Shown one piece after another: positions 50,815 to 60,647 of a stretch of 63,993 bases of DNA; positions within the stretch are counted from its first letter, which is position 1, and every line of letters starts with the position of its first letter. Location: IMG/VR virus record IMGVR_UViG_3300027770_000036. One strand, written 5' to 3'. The DNA comes from an uncultured virus (IMG/VR IMGVR_UViG_3300027770_000036) (taxonomy: Duplodnaviria; Heunggongvirae; Uroviricota; Caudoviricetes). The translations under genes were made by a program, and so were the position numbers. The notes beneath the pieces were generated by a model that was not told the origin of the DNA, ran no database searches, and was given only the letters and a program-made list of their open reading frames with translations.

Positions 50815-52767
50815 CTACTGTACGCCGTATTGTTGTTGTAGCATCATTCTAGCTCCCTGTGTCTGGGCCTGCTGTCTAATGTTACCTATGGTCTGTTTAA
50901 CCAAGCTATGAATAACCGGATCTTGGGATTTAAGCTTAGTCATCTCAGACTGTCTTTGAGACTCAGGCATAGCTAGCAGTTGATCCGCTAATGCCTGTGC
51001 CTTTGCCTGCATGTCCTGAGGAGTTACCTTCTGGTTAGGCCCAGTAGGAGTAGATAGCGACAGACCTTGGGCTGCCATACCTGCAGCTCCCTGAGGGGGA
51101 GGGGCGCCTTGGCCTTGAGGTGCGCTCTGAGCAGGTCCCGGAGGCGGCTGAGCTCCTTGTGGTGCAGGGGCTCCGCCTGGTTGAGGAGGCTGTCCTCCCT
51201 GCTGCATAGACTGCATGAACTGCCCAGTTACAGATGGAGCCATTTGCTCCATAATAGAAGAGTCTTCCATACTCTTCTGAAGCTTGGCTTGCTCCTCTTG
51301 AACAAATCTTTGCTCGTCGAGAATCTGCCTTTGCTCTTCTTTGAAGTCCATACCCATACTTCTAAGCACGCCAGTCTGGCTGACCTGCTGGGCCTGCATA
51401 AGCTGCATCTTGGACATGATAAGCTGAACATCGTCAAGCATAGAGGGCTTGATAAGTCTGCAAGTAGCTGGCTCCCAGCCAAATGCGTCCCCTACTGACT
51501 TTACGGTCTCAGCTAGGAAGCTATTAAGGCAGTGAACAAGGTACTGCCAGCTGGACTCAAAGAGTCTAATAGCTGGAAGAGCAGCCTGAAGACTAAGGGT
51601 GCCTCTGTATAGTTCAGCTGGCATACCAAAGCCGTTAAGTAAGTTAGTTATACCTGCCTCTAGCAGATCTGTAGGCGCTAAGTTTCTAGCCTCTCCGCCA
51701 AGCATCTGGTACTTAATAGGAGTGCTAAGGAAGTTCCATGATGCTGGATCTCTTCTTCGCTTTCTGAGCATGGCTTGGACTTGGCCTCTGAGGCCACCTA
51801 GGTCCATGTTCATAAGTGGATCACCCGCTTCTGGCATTGAGCTAGACTGCGGTTCTGGAGTTAGTACCCTAAACGGAATGACGTAGTCCAGTGCGATAGC
51901 CTCGTTGTATCGATGAAGCACCTGCACATACCAAGCGTGTCTAAAGTTAACTAGGGTTCTAGAGATGCCCCAACCTCTAGACCTTACTCCAGATAGAGTA
52001 GGCTCATACATATGATGTACAGCCTTCTTATCGAATAGAAGAAACCCATTAGCGGCCACGGCCTCGACTATCTCCCATGGTACAGTCTCTAGGATTTGGG
52101 GGTCACCTCTGCGTACTTGAAGCCTATAGTCTTCTGGTATACGCCACAGGTAATCTCGGTTATCCCTTACTGGGTCATGTCTTATTTCCATTTCTACGGC
52201 TGGCCAGCGCCTAATACGCACCTCTTCTGGTTCGTTAGTGCGCCTGTCTACTCGCTTCCAGTTACCAGTGAACTTACATTTAGGGCAAACAGCCTGAAAC
52301 TCAGGCATGGACCACTTGAATGCAAAGCTAGGATTATTAATCATGTTCTTTAGTGGAACATCAAGGCCGCACTTAGGGCAGTAGAGATACCTTCTAAATG
52401 GAACTACTAGAGTGGTAAAGCTATTGCCGTAGCAGAGAAAGTCTAGGCCTACTGAGTGCAGGATGGTCTTTATGTCTAGAGTCTCAGCCAGGAATGATAC
52501 ATACTTCTGGCGCTCGTCATCGCCTAAGTCTTTACCGTTTAAGCCTCTTATCTCTACGTCAGTGATAAAATAGCTTAAGACCCTTCTAGCCGCTTCTCTT
52601 ATCATTGAGTTTGAATGAAAAATAAACTCGCAGTACCTTAGGCCATCCCTGATATTCTCAGGCATAACTGTAGAGGCATAATCCATAAATGGATCTGGAA
52701 ACGGTTCATCCCCTCGGCCGTTTAGTGCCCATCCGCGTCCTAGGGCTCCTTCTGAATAGTCGGGCAT
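50815..52767 (-). CDS. Probable portal protein with a zinc-ribbon insertion
   Basis: 650 aa; DFLCYGNSF portal-like segment, CPKC...CPKC, FGMPAEL, Q/P-rich tail. Confidence 0.5.
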   Translation of the reverse strand: MPDYSEGALGRGWALNGRGDEPFPDPFMDYASTVMPENIRDGLRYCEFIFHSNSMIREAARRVLSYFITDVEIRGLNGKDLGDDERQKYVSFLAETLDIKTILHSVGLDFLCYGNSFTTLVVPFRRYLYCPKCGLDVPLKNMINNPSFAFKWSMPEFQAVCPKCKFTGNWKRVDRRTNEPEEVRIRRWPAVEMEIRHDPVRDNRDYLWRIPEDYRLQVRRGDPQILETVPWEIVEAVAANGFLLFDKKAVHHMYEPTLSGVRSRGWGISRTLVNFRHAWYVQVLHRYNEAIALDYVIPFRVLTPEPQSSSMPEAGDPLMNMDLGGLRGQVQAMLRKRRRDPASWNFLSTPIKYQMLGGEARNLAPTDLLEAGITNLLNGFGMPAELYRGTLSLQAALPAIRLFESSWQYLVHCLNSFLAETVKSVGDAFGWEPATCRLIKPSMLDDVQLIMSKMQLMQAQQVSQTGVLRSMGMDFKEEQRQILDEQRFVQEEQAKLQKSMEDSSIMEQMAPSVTGQFMQSMQQGGQPPQPGGAPAPQGAQPPPGPAQSAPQGQGAPPPQGAAGMAAQGLSLSTPTGPNQKVTPQDMQAKAQALADQLLAMPESQRQSEMTKLKSQDPVIHSLVKQTIGNIRQQAQTQGARMMLQQQYGVQ

Positions 52768-52815
52768 TAAACCAGTCTCCTAAGGCTTATGTGATACCGA
52801 TCTTATGTCTTTATA

Positions 52816-53583
52816 TTAAAGTACACCGATATCGTCGCTAGATTTTTTATCATATTCCTCATAACCAACTTTATCATCATACTCTGTTTGTGGAGACGCC
52901 TCCACTTCTTTATCCTTATCAACGTTCTTCTTAATCTCTTCTGGAAGCTCTTTTTCTTGGCTGATAGGTACAAGGCAGTGCTCGTAAGGTCCGAACTTAT
53001 GAGTAATAGCTGGAGGTCTGATGAGAAATAGGCTATCTATGCCCTCTACCATAACTCCAATGTATGCCGAAGACTCGTTAGCTAGCTTACTAGTAAATGG
53101 GTAAAACTCGCCTGGGCCTGCATACCGCATATCCGTCGTGAGGACAAGGTACCCAGGTACTAAGGCTGCTCCATGATACTTAGAGTTAAGAGTAGCCAGC
53201 CCTGGCATATCGAAATAAACCCTTACAGACGGTGGAGTTACGGCTGAACCGGGTAACATTGCAGACGGGTTAGCGTGATTACCCCCATCAATAGTAGCGG
53301 ACACTGTACCTAGGTTGGGGGGAGACTCCTGAGTTACGTCCCTAGACATCTTTCTAAGATTGTCGGATATTAACTTTGACCTATCCACACCGTTGAGGGA
53401 CCTAAGATCAGCCTGCTTATCGGGCCACTTTACTGCATGAGGATTAGCTGCCGACTTCATAGCACTTATGTCTATAGTGAATGAGTCCAGCTCATGAGGA
53501 TCTACGATTATTTTGGTTGTCTTCCTATTTGGATCTATGTTTGATCCATCCGTTACAGACCTTAGACCGTTATATCCGTTCAT
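52816..53583 (-). CDS. Hypothetical protein
   Basis: 255 aa with GAAAGGA SD. Confidence 0.7.
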   Translation of the reverse strand: MNGYNGLRSVTDGSNIDPNRKTTKIIVDPHELDSFTIDISAMKSAANPHAVKWPDKQADLRSLNGVDRSKLISDNLRKMSRDVTQESPPNLGTVSATIDGGNHANPSAMLPGSAVTPPSVRVYFDMPGLATLNSKYHGAALVPGYLVLTTDMRYAGPGEFYPFTSKLANESSAYIGVMVEGIDSLFLIRPPAITHKFGPYEHCLVPISQEKELPEEIKKNVDKDKEVEASPQTEYDDKVGYEEYDKKSSDDIGVL

Positions 53584-53657
53584 GATTATCCTTTCGAGTA
53601 TATTGAAGCAATAACTTATACTATAACTTTCTACTGTTTATTGGAGCAATAAGCAAC

Positions 53658-53816
53658 ATGAGATTAGAAGATCGGATAGTATGGATTGCAGATAATATAG
53701 GATACTTCGTAGCTGGCAATCCCTACTATCATGTGATTTTAATTATGTCCTCCATATATATGGTGGGATACGGTATCCCTCTAGTACTAGAAGTAATCCT
53801 AGGTAACGATATCTAA
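53658..53816 (+). CDS. 52-aa membrane peptide
   Basis: GGAG SD; MRLEDRIVWIADNIGYFVAGNPYYHVILIMSSIYMVGYGIPLVLEVILGNDI. Confidence 0.5.
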   Translation: MRLEDRIVWIADNIGYFVAGNPYYHVILIMSSIYMVGYGIPLVLEVILGNDI

Positions 53817-53865
53817 TAGCTAAAAAAAAATCACAGAAGCCGTTTAAGGCTCCTGTGATTTAGGT

Positions 53866-54045
53866 CTAGTTAATTAGGTATACCTTTACGTATACCACGT
53901 CTACGCTACCTCCCGAGGTAGCCGTCAAAACCCGAAAATCTCCGGGTCCGTGCCTTTCGGCACTTTTCAATGCGGCCAACACACACTGTCTTTCGACAGC
54001 GGCATCGACCCGCCACTCCCCAATAACTTCTGCTTCATATAACAT
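53866..54045 (-). CDS. 59-aa hypothetical protein
   Basis: AGGAGG SD; MLYEAEVIGEWRVDAAVERQCVLAALKSAERHGPGDF... Confidence 0.6.
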   Translation of the reverse strand: MLYEAEVIGEWRVDAAVERQCVLAALKSAERHGPGDFRVLTATSGGSVDVVYVKVYLIN

Positions 54046-54420
54046 CTTACTTACCCTCCTGGCTAATGTTAAATGACAGCCCCATTGCTGAGGCTGTCGA
54101 AGTTAAACTGCCCCCCGCTCAAACCAGTCTTCAGAACCGGGAGCACCGGTATTGGACTGTTGTTCACCCGGTTAAGGGTTAGCCGAACAGGGGCCTGGAA
54201 TACTACTTAGGAGTTACCATTTGTGCCCCTAAGCTTCTCTACCCATTGAAGGGCAGCTCTTACTGCAGCGCATACTACACCCTAGCCGTCTAAGCTAAAT
54301 AGCGGTAGTGGCTAGCCACTACGTCTATCTCACTTGTTGACTGGCATCAGGAATTATAAGCGCTACCGCAGGTCCTGCAAAGCTATGGAGAGAACGCCAT
54401 AGCCCTATCCGAGGAAAGGC

Positions 54421-55152
54421 TTACGCCCTTCCTCGGGTATTCTTCTCCCGCCTACGGATTCCTCCGATGGCGGCGCCATAACCAAGCCCGTGCTTGGTTA
54501 AGGCAGTCTGGTAAACCATTTGGGGAATTGGCTCCCTGAAATGGTCTATCAGACCTGAAAGGTCTAGCAACGAAGGCTGGTCTATACCCCGAACATAGCT
54601 GTCCGGTAAGACCGCCTCGGGGATAAAGCTCATACCCCCTATTTTCTTGGCCTTTAGGGCCTCGAATGCTGCCTCCATCTTTGCTGGGTCGTTAGACCTA
54701 GCAAGAGAGGCGAGGTACTTCTGATTGCATTCCGAGACGTCAAACGTCTCCAGGTCTGCATCCTTGAAGCCTACTACCCTCTTAGGCAATGTAAGGTGGT
54801 CAAGGAACCCATCGTTGGGTGTTACTCCCAATAGACCCTCAGCGTATGCTGAGGCTATGGGAATATTCTTATTCTTGCCAAACCCCCACTTAGCGGGGAC
54901 AAAGACGCACATAGGCGTCATCTGACCGTCAATACTCTTCCATACGGAAACGTTCTTGTTTCCGTAGCGAACGAGGGCTATCACCCTCTCCTCTGTGAAT
55001 AAGTCCCCACCTTTAAAGGTGGTCGACTGCCCGTCATCAGGCAGCCATAGGACCCAGGCGTTACTATCGTAAGCGCCACCAAATAAGGCCTCTAAGGCCG
55101 CTTTGGTTAAACCAGAAACACCACCACCTACCACTCCATTAGCTGATAACAT
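54421..55152 (-). CDS. Hypothetical protein
   Basis: AGGAG SD, 243 aa. Confidence 0.75.
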   Translation of the reverse strand: MLSANGVVGGGVSGLTKAALEALFGGAYDSNAWVLWLPDDGQSTTFKGGDLFTEERVIALVRYGNKNVSVWKSIDGQMTPMCVFVPAKWGFGKNKNIPIASAYAEGLLGVTPNDGFLDHLTLPKRVVGFKDADLETFDVSECNQKYLASLARSNDPAKMEAAFEALKAKKIGGMSFIPEAVLPDSYVRGIDQPSLLDLSGLIDHFREPIPQMVYQTALTKHGLGYGAAIGGIRRREKNTRGRA

Positions 55153-55177
55153 CGTGTTATCTCCTGTTATAAAGAGG

Positions 55178-55438
55178 TTACCTTTTAGGTAACCAGGTTA
55201 TATCGTTCCCTTCCGCAGGAACGATTACTCGGGCCCGAGGGCAGCCCTTCTCCAAAGGCTTCACCGTGCACACCACGGATCGGCCGCTTCTTTTCCGATG
55301 GACAACTTCCCTGAGTTGGCCATCCAGAAGTACGTAAGGCCTCATGGACACTACGCCTTCTGGCTGCTTCTTGCCTTTGCGTGACGAGCACGCCCAGACA
55401 AGAAATATGACAAGGGATAGGAGAACAATGATCTCCAT
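55178..55438 (-). CDS. Small membrane-anchored protein
   Basis: GGGAGG SD; N-terminal hydrophobic helix ending WAC (lipobox-like). Confidence 0.7.
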   Translation of the reverse strand: MEIIVLLSLVIFLVWACSSRKGKKQPEGVVSMRPYVLLDGQLREVVHRKRSGRSVVCTVKPLEKGCPRARVIVPAEGNDITWLPKR

Positions 55439-55528
55439 ATCTACACCCTCCCTTTCAGTTGACGGCGGGTAGCCGTAACATATGATTATGACGCGTTTTT
55501 TAGCTGAATTTAGGAGATAGATATGCCG

Positions 55529-55873
55529 CTAAACTTCGAATTCATCCTCGTCGTCGACTACAGCTGGGTCTTCAAAAAGATACCCTTCTAAGTCTATGTC
55601 TATTGAGTCTGGATTGTGAGATAGGTCAGCCTCTATAGATCCGTCTGGAGAAATAAGCTTGCGAGGAGGTAAAGATATGTGCCAGCGCTGCCCTTCAAAT
55701 ACATGACAAGATACCCTTTTCTTAGACAGGGATCTTAATTCGGAAACAAGGTCGTCTTTCGATATAAACTCCTTGCATTCCGGCTTACCATGAGCGGGTA
55801 TGATCATAAGGTAGAACTTATTATCATTCCCGCCTTCATGGCCTGAATCAGACTCGTTCTGGCCATTGTTCAT
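55529..55873 (-). CDS. Hypothetical protein
   Basis: 114 aa ORF in operon context. Confidence 0.7.
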   Translation of the reverse strand: MNNGQNESDSGHEGGNDNKFYLMIIPAHGKPECKEFISKDDLVSELRSLSKKRVSCHVFEGQRWHISLPPRKLISPDGSIEADLSHNPDSIDIDLEGYLFEDPAVVDDEDEFEV

Positions 55874-56147
55874 TTATGCCGCCTTCATATATGATCGTCA
55901 AAGCAATCAGTACTGCCCTACTGGTCATGTCCTTGTCTAGCCACCTGCTGTTAATTCCAGGAGGAGATGTGCTTACAATAGTAACCCTTTCTTTAACAAC
56001 CCAGTTATTAACTGTATCGTCTAGAGGCTCTGTTACTTTAACTAAGCGCCAGTCATCTGGAGCTGCTCCTACGGGTCTCTCGTAGACTCTCTCTTCCACA
56101 AAGGTCTTAGTCTTTAAGAATCTTTTATCAGGGGTCAAGTCGCTCAT
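55848..56147 (-). CDS. Hypothetical protein
   Basis: 99 aa, short overlaps with neighbours. Confidence 0.65.
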   Translation of the reverse strand: MSDLTPDKRFLKTKTFVEERVYERPVGAAPDDWRLVKVTEPLDDTVNNWVVKERVTIVSTSPPGINSRWLDKDMTSRAVLIALTIIYEGGINEQWPERV

Positions 56148-56793
56148 TTTTAATGGCCCTCATAAGTCGTTTTGCTTCGTAGTTAGCTGGTTTCTTTATA
56201 AGCTGGGGTACTGGGTAGCCTGAACACTCCCAGCTACAGATCGATCCTCTCAGGTTCCATATATACGGCTCTATGAACATTTTAGGGTTCTTGGGGTCAG
56301 GTATCTTAACCTTAGCCAGCTCACAAAGAAACATGTAATCCTTACTTCGATTAAGAATAGTAAGTGATCCTATGGCTTTCTCTATTACGGGCCAGTGCTC
56401 TACAGTAGTGAAAGCTAGAAGGCTGTCATGCCCTCCGCTCTTATCTGGAAAGTCGAAGTTATTGAATATCTTCCTATTGAATACCATGTAGTTTACAGCG
56501 CTATCTTTACCGCACCATGCCTGATACTCCATGAGTGGGTCAAAGTCTAACCCTCCCTTTGAAAACAGCATAGTATGGTTAAAGAACACAAAGTCATTGG
56601 TAAGGCTTGATAGAGAGTCAGATAGCTCTACTCTTTTCAAGGCTGGCAGCTTTTTAAGCTCACTCATAGAGGGTGAGTCTATTTTGCCGTCAACTATGCC
56701 TTCGTCTACAGGAGCCCGCCCCACAAATTCGGTGTCCGGAGTTCCGCTTACTAGGATTTCAACTTCCTCATGTGATAGTCTTTTATCTGACAT
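56128..56793 (-). CDS. Hypothetical protein
   Basis: 221 aa with AAGGAG SD. Confidence 0.7.
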   Translation of the reverse strand: MSDKRLSHEEVEILVSGTPDTEFVGRAPVDEGIVDGKIDSPSMSELKKLPALKRVELSDSLSSLTNDFVFFNHTMLFSKGGLDFDPLMEYQAWCGKDSAVNYMVFNRKIFNNFDFPDKSGGHDSLLAFTTVEHWPVIEKAIGSLTILNRSKDYMFLCELAKVKIPDPKNPKMFIEPYIWNLRGSICSWECSGYPVPQLIKKPANYEAKRLMRAIKNERLDP

Positions 56794-56794
56794 G

Positions 56795-57754
56795 CTACTC
56801 CTTAGGTATAGTTAGGACTAGGTTGAAAGACTTATCCCTTAAGAACACACTCTTACCGTCAGATAGACATTCGTAATAGTTTGACTTTTCAATCATAGAT
56901 GTCATAGCGAAAGAGTCTTTTATCTTATCGTCAGATACAGCTTCTTGAAACGCTAACAATACTACGCCCCTAGCGCATGTGCTAAGACTGCAGCTATTGT
57001 AGCACATATGAGCCTTCCTAAGGTTGGAGTAAGCCTTATCAGAATAGCCATAGCCAAGGCTTAGGTCATCTACTATTAACACTTCAAGAGGCTTAAGCAT
57101 GCTTCCTATAGCTATCAAGCCTTTCATGCCTGAGTTATTCCTAGCCTTTAACTTTCCTTCCCAGTCTTCTGGTTTAAGTCTTTTGTAGTTCTTATTAAGC
57201 TTCTTGTTAAAGCTCTTGGAGCTTAAGTGCAAGCAACAGTTCTCGTTTATCTCACACCTATCTAGTATGTAAGAGATAACTAAGTCTAGGTCTTCTCTCT
57301 TACCTGTAAATAGGTTTGGTATGCTTGAAGTTATAAGCTCATCGTTGTTTAAGCCAGCGTCAAATCTCTGCATATACTTCTCCCTGTTATACAGGGGCTT
57401 GCATTTTTTTGAAGGTATTGAGCCAGAGCTTTTAGATTGCTTTTCAGAGGAGTCTGATAGGTACTTTGAAGCCTTACTACAGGCCTTGGATATTCTAAAG
57501 CTCTCTATGGGGTTTGACCTGGCCATATAGACCACGTCGCGCTTAAGCTTATCCACTGCCTCACTGCTAGCACCCATTGCTGATGCTTTAGCCTGTACGT
57601 CTGCCAAGGCTGCTGTCTCTAGCATCCTAGACAGCTTTAGGGCGTCCATAAAGTATAAACTTCCGGGGCCCTCTGCCTCATATAGCAGGGCTGACTTTAA
57701 AGGGTCTTTTGTAGCGTGAGCTACCTTACTGTTGTTAACGTGATTAACGTGCAT
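56795..57754 (-). CDS. Hypothetical protein, possibly a degenerate P-loop fold
   Basis: 319 aa; VLIVDDL is Walker-B-like, but there is no intact Walker A. Confidence 0.6.
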   Translation of the reverse strand: MHVNHVNNSKVAHATKDPLKSALLYEAEGPGSLYFMDALKLSRMLETAALADVQAKASAMGASSEAVDKLKRDVVYMARSNPIESFRISKACSKASKYLSDSSEKQSKSSGSIPSKKCKPLYNREKYMQRFDAGLNNDELITSSIPNLFTGKREDLDLVISYILDRCEINENCCLHLSSKSFNKKLNKNYKRLKPEDWEGKLKARNNSGMKGLIAIGSMLKPLEVLIVDDLSLGYGYSDKAYSNLRKAHMCYNSCSLSTCARGVVLLAFQEAVSDDKIKDSFAMTSMIEKSNYYECLSDGKSVFLRDKSFNLVLTIPKE

Positions 57755-58382
57755 CTAAAACCTCTTTCTGTTCTTTAAATCCTAATCCATAAGTTTCTAC
57801 CGCCAAAGCACATACGTACACGGAGTCTGCTATGTTGTCCACTCCGGAGCTCTCATAACCCTCATGGTCAAAGTCGAATCCAAACTCGCTGTTACAAGCC
57901 TTTATGATATCTACCTTATTTGCGTTACCTTTTCCAGTTGCCCTCTTCTTTATAGTACCGATAGGTATTCCAGAGCAAGGAACATTATTCTCTTCAGCCC
58001 AAGTACTTACTGTAGCCTTAAGGGCTCCGAACCATTCGCAAGCAGGGGCAGCTCTAGCTATAATAGCTCCTACACTCATAAAGCCCTGTCCTGATGGAGT
58101 ATACTTTACGTCTTCGTAGCATATAAGGTCAGGCTTTATAGCAGACAAGAACTGCCTAAGTCGTATAAATCTTATAGCTCCGGAATCGTAAGGGCCGGCT
58201 GATAGATCCAGCTGTCCGGCGTGTATTCTAGTCTTGCTTTCAATTTTGGTATTTATGAAGCAGTAAGAGTACCCGCAGTTAGTACCTAGGTCTAATCCTA
58301 GTACTGTCTTGGTGTTATCTACCCTGAGGGCAGATACCTTTTCTCCTAGGTCTTCAGGATATTTTTCTACGTTGAATTTCAT
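57744..58382 (-). CDS. RuvC-like Holliday junction resolvase
   Basis: VLGLDLGTNCG, ICYEDV, IKKRATGKGNANK, NIADS. Confidence 0.85.
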   Translation of the reverse strand: MKFNVEKYPEDLGEKVSALRVDNTKTVLGLDLGTNCGYSYCFINTKIESKTRIHAGQLDLSAGPYDSGAIRFIRLRQFLSAIKPDLICYEDVKYTPSGQGFMSVGAIIARAAPACEWFGALKATVSTWAEENNVPCSGIPIGTIKKRATGKGNANKVDIIKACNSEFGFDFDHEGYESSGVDNIADSVYVCALAVETYGLGFKEQKEVLDAR

Positions 58383-59161
58383 TTAATCTCTTTGATTATG
58401 GTTTGCTGGACTCTCTCGCACATCTCTCTGTACTCTTCAAAAAGATGGTGGGTTAATCTACAGTCAAAATCCGCCTCATGAGCACTACCACTCATACTAT
58501 GTTTGTTTACTAAATTATATTTATTTGAACAGTGCCTATCTAAAGAAGAATATATTCTTCCTCCCTCCTTTACAAGTCTTCCGGTAAAGCTCATCCAATC
58601 ATCCTCAGGATATGGCACTATCCTGCTGTACAATCCTCGCTCCATTGCCATAGTGTCAAAATAGCCAACTCCAATCTTTTCAAACTCAAAGGATTCATGC
58701 TCACCAAGAACCTGCTTTATATTGTTATTAAGAATGGGCTGGTCAAACTTAAGCCCGTTGTGGGCTATAAGGCTTAACTTATTAGCCTTACATATCTTTA
58801 TGATGTCCATAAAGTTTGTAAATGCTTCGGCAACTGGTACTCCCTCTGCCTTCATTCTATGAGTGCTGTGCTTATACATAGGCCCCTGTCCTTGGTTGCG
58901 GGACTCCATGCTATTTTTAGTCATCAGCATTCTGTTCTCCAGCCAGTTACAGAAGTGCTTGTCCTTTCCAGATGTCCAATCTGGTATGTAATGAGAGCAG
59001 TCTACTAGCTTCTTATTTATTACTACAGCGTATCCAAGCTGAACCACTAGATCGTTCTTAAGATCTAGTCCCGTCGATTCAACATCGAATACTAGGTAAT
59101 TAACTGGAAGGGGCCCAAGCTTAGATACAGCCTGTAGTAGCCAGATACTGCCATCATCCAT
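58379..59161 (-). CDS. DEDDh 3'-5' exonuclease (DnaQ-like)
   Basis: VFDVESTGL, AHNGLKFD, DT, AHEADFD. Confidence 0.9.
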   Translation of the reverse strand: MDDGSIWLLQAVSKLGPLPVNYLVFDVESTGLDLKNDLVVQLGYAVVINKKLVDCSHYIPDWTSGKDKHFCNWLENRMLMTKNSMESRNQGQGPMYKHSTHRMKAEGVPVAEAFTNFMDIIKICKANKLSLIAHNGLKFDQPILNNNIKQVLGEHESFEFEKIGVGYFDTMAMERGLYSRIVPYPEDDWMSFTGRLVKEGGRIYSSLDRHCSNKYNLVNKHSMSGSAHEADFDCRLTHHLFEEYREMCERVQQTIIKEIK

Positions 59162-59176
59162 GACTATCCAATCTAG

Positions 59177-59674
59177 TTAGAACCAGGACTTAATCTTCCT
59201 CAGAAAACGTCTGAAGAATGACTCGTTCCGTAGACAAAGTTTATCCATGGAGGCCTGAATAAGTTCTGCAAACCTTTTATCATTAAGAGGAGATGGTTCG
59301 TCTTCTAACAAAACATCCCTGATAGCTAAAAAGAAAGCAGCCAACATGGTCTCTCCGACCGCAGAGTATACTAGTAATCTAGCCTCTTCGCTACACCCAA
59401 ATAGACCACTTGCTTCTACTGTGTCCTTTGGATTGTCTGGGCACTTCTCTGGGTCATTGCATAAAGCCATAAAAGTGGCCAAACCCTTGGCCACTTTTAC
59501 TAGGTCTTCATTACTTATGTTGTACTTATCTATAACCTTTAACGCCCACGGTTCACCAGACCCAGATGTAATGCGATCTATGGCTGAGCGCATAATCCAC
59601 GGCCAGCAATAGGCTATATCCCTGCCTGGGTTGTATCTTCTCTTGTCTGGGTGTCCTATCATATTTACTGCCAT
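59177..59674 (-). CDS. Hypothetical protein
   Basis: 165 aa ORF in operon context. Confidence 0.7.
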   Translation of the reverse strand: MAVNMIGHPDKRRYNPGRDIAYCWPWIMRSAIDRITSGSGEPWALKVIDKYNISNEDLVKVAKGLATFMALCNDPEKCPDNPKDTVEASGLFGCSEEARLLVYSAVGETMLAAFFLAIRDVLLEDEPSPLNDKRFAELIQASMDKLCLRNESFFRRFLRKIKSWF

Positions 59675-59694
59675 GACTATCTTCTGCCTTTCTT

Positions 59695-60636
59695 CTATTC
59701 TTTAGGTACCGTAATTACGTGTAAGCTTACCGAGGAACTACAATTAATGCAAGAGTCAGACTTATAGGGATCTATCCAAGATAACTGCCCGCACGACTTA
59801 CAGTCACCCGATATGTATGACTTTCTTCTTACTGCTGCTTCGCACGCGTCTACGCCAGAAGGGCACTTGTGGCAGGGGGTTGAAACAGGTACAGAAGTCG
59901 GGCACTTAAAGTCCTCCTTAGTGTGTATAGACCTAAGCCTCTTCCTTAAAAGCTTCCTGTTTATATCTACTAGGTAGTCAGTGCACAAGAACTTAGTGTA
60001 TTCCGGCTTATCTCCTCTAAGGGCCATGTGATCAAAGTACCCTAAAAAGTATAAGCCAAATACATATGACTCATCTAAAAATGGATAGCCGCATACTGCT
60101 TTAGAGGTAGGGTTAGATGTAGGGTAACTAAACCCCATTCTATATTTAGCAAAGTTAAACATATCCAAAGACCAAAACTTCTTTAGCTTATACCCACTAG
60201 CAGGTCCTGAATGTATATCCAGGTCAAGCCACGCTCCTGACTGAGTTACTCCATCCTTGAACGTCCTTGTAGCCTTCTCTATTCCAAACACCTGGACTAA
60301 GCCCCATCCAGACCTTGACCTCCAGTCATTGTCATACATAGGGTTACCGGACATTATGTGCTCAAGGTTACCTGCAACCCTTGCACCTATAATCCTTACA
60401 TCCTTAGCTGTTACAGGTTGTCTAGTAAACTTTAACAGCATGTCCTGACTACAAGTTATGTTTATGCAGGACTTGGGAACACAAAATGAAAGAGCAGATG
60501 TAGCCCTATCAAACACGACGCCACAAAGAGTACTACCAATAAAAGGGCGAAGACAATCATGCACTCTTTTACGCACGTCTTGTATTTTACTGACAGACAC
60601 TTTAATCTTTTCATGCTCTATATCCTTTTTACGCAT
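59695..60636 (-). CDS. Hypothetical protein with Cys-rich (zinc-binding) C-terminus
   Basis: CP...CHKC...C and CKSC...CINC. Confidence 0.7.
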   Translation of the reverse strand: MRKKDIEHEKIKVSVSKIQDVRKRVHDCLRPFIGSTLCGVVFDRATSALSFCVPKSCINITCSQDMLLKFTRQPVTAKDVRIIGARVAGNLEHIMSGNPMYDNDWRSRSGWGLVQVFGIEKATRTFKDGVTQSGAWLDLDIHSGPASGYKLKKFWSLDMFNFAKYRMGFSYPTSNPTSKAVCGYPFLDESYVFGLYFLGYFDHMALRGDKPEYTKFLCTDYLVDINRKLLRKRLRSIHTKEDFKCPTSVPVSTPCHKCPSGVDACEAAVRRKSYISGDCKSCGQLSWIDPYKSDSCINCSSSVSLHVITVPKE

Positions 60637-60647
60637 TTTTACTCCAG

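Larger units (their letters stand above)
53815..55510 (-). repeat. Isolated multi-gene cassette of the same promoter/terminator family
   Basis: aatagctaaaaaaaaa plus hairpin at 53815; promoter at about 55485. Confidence 0.8.
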
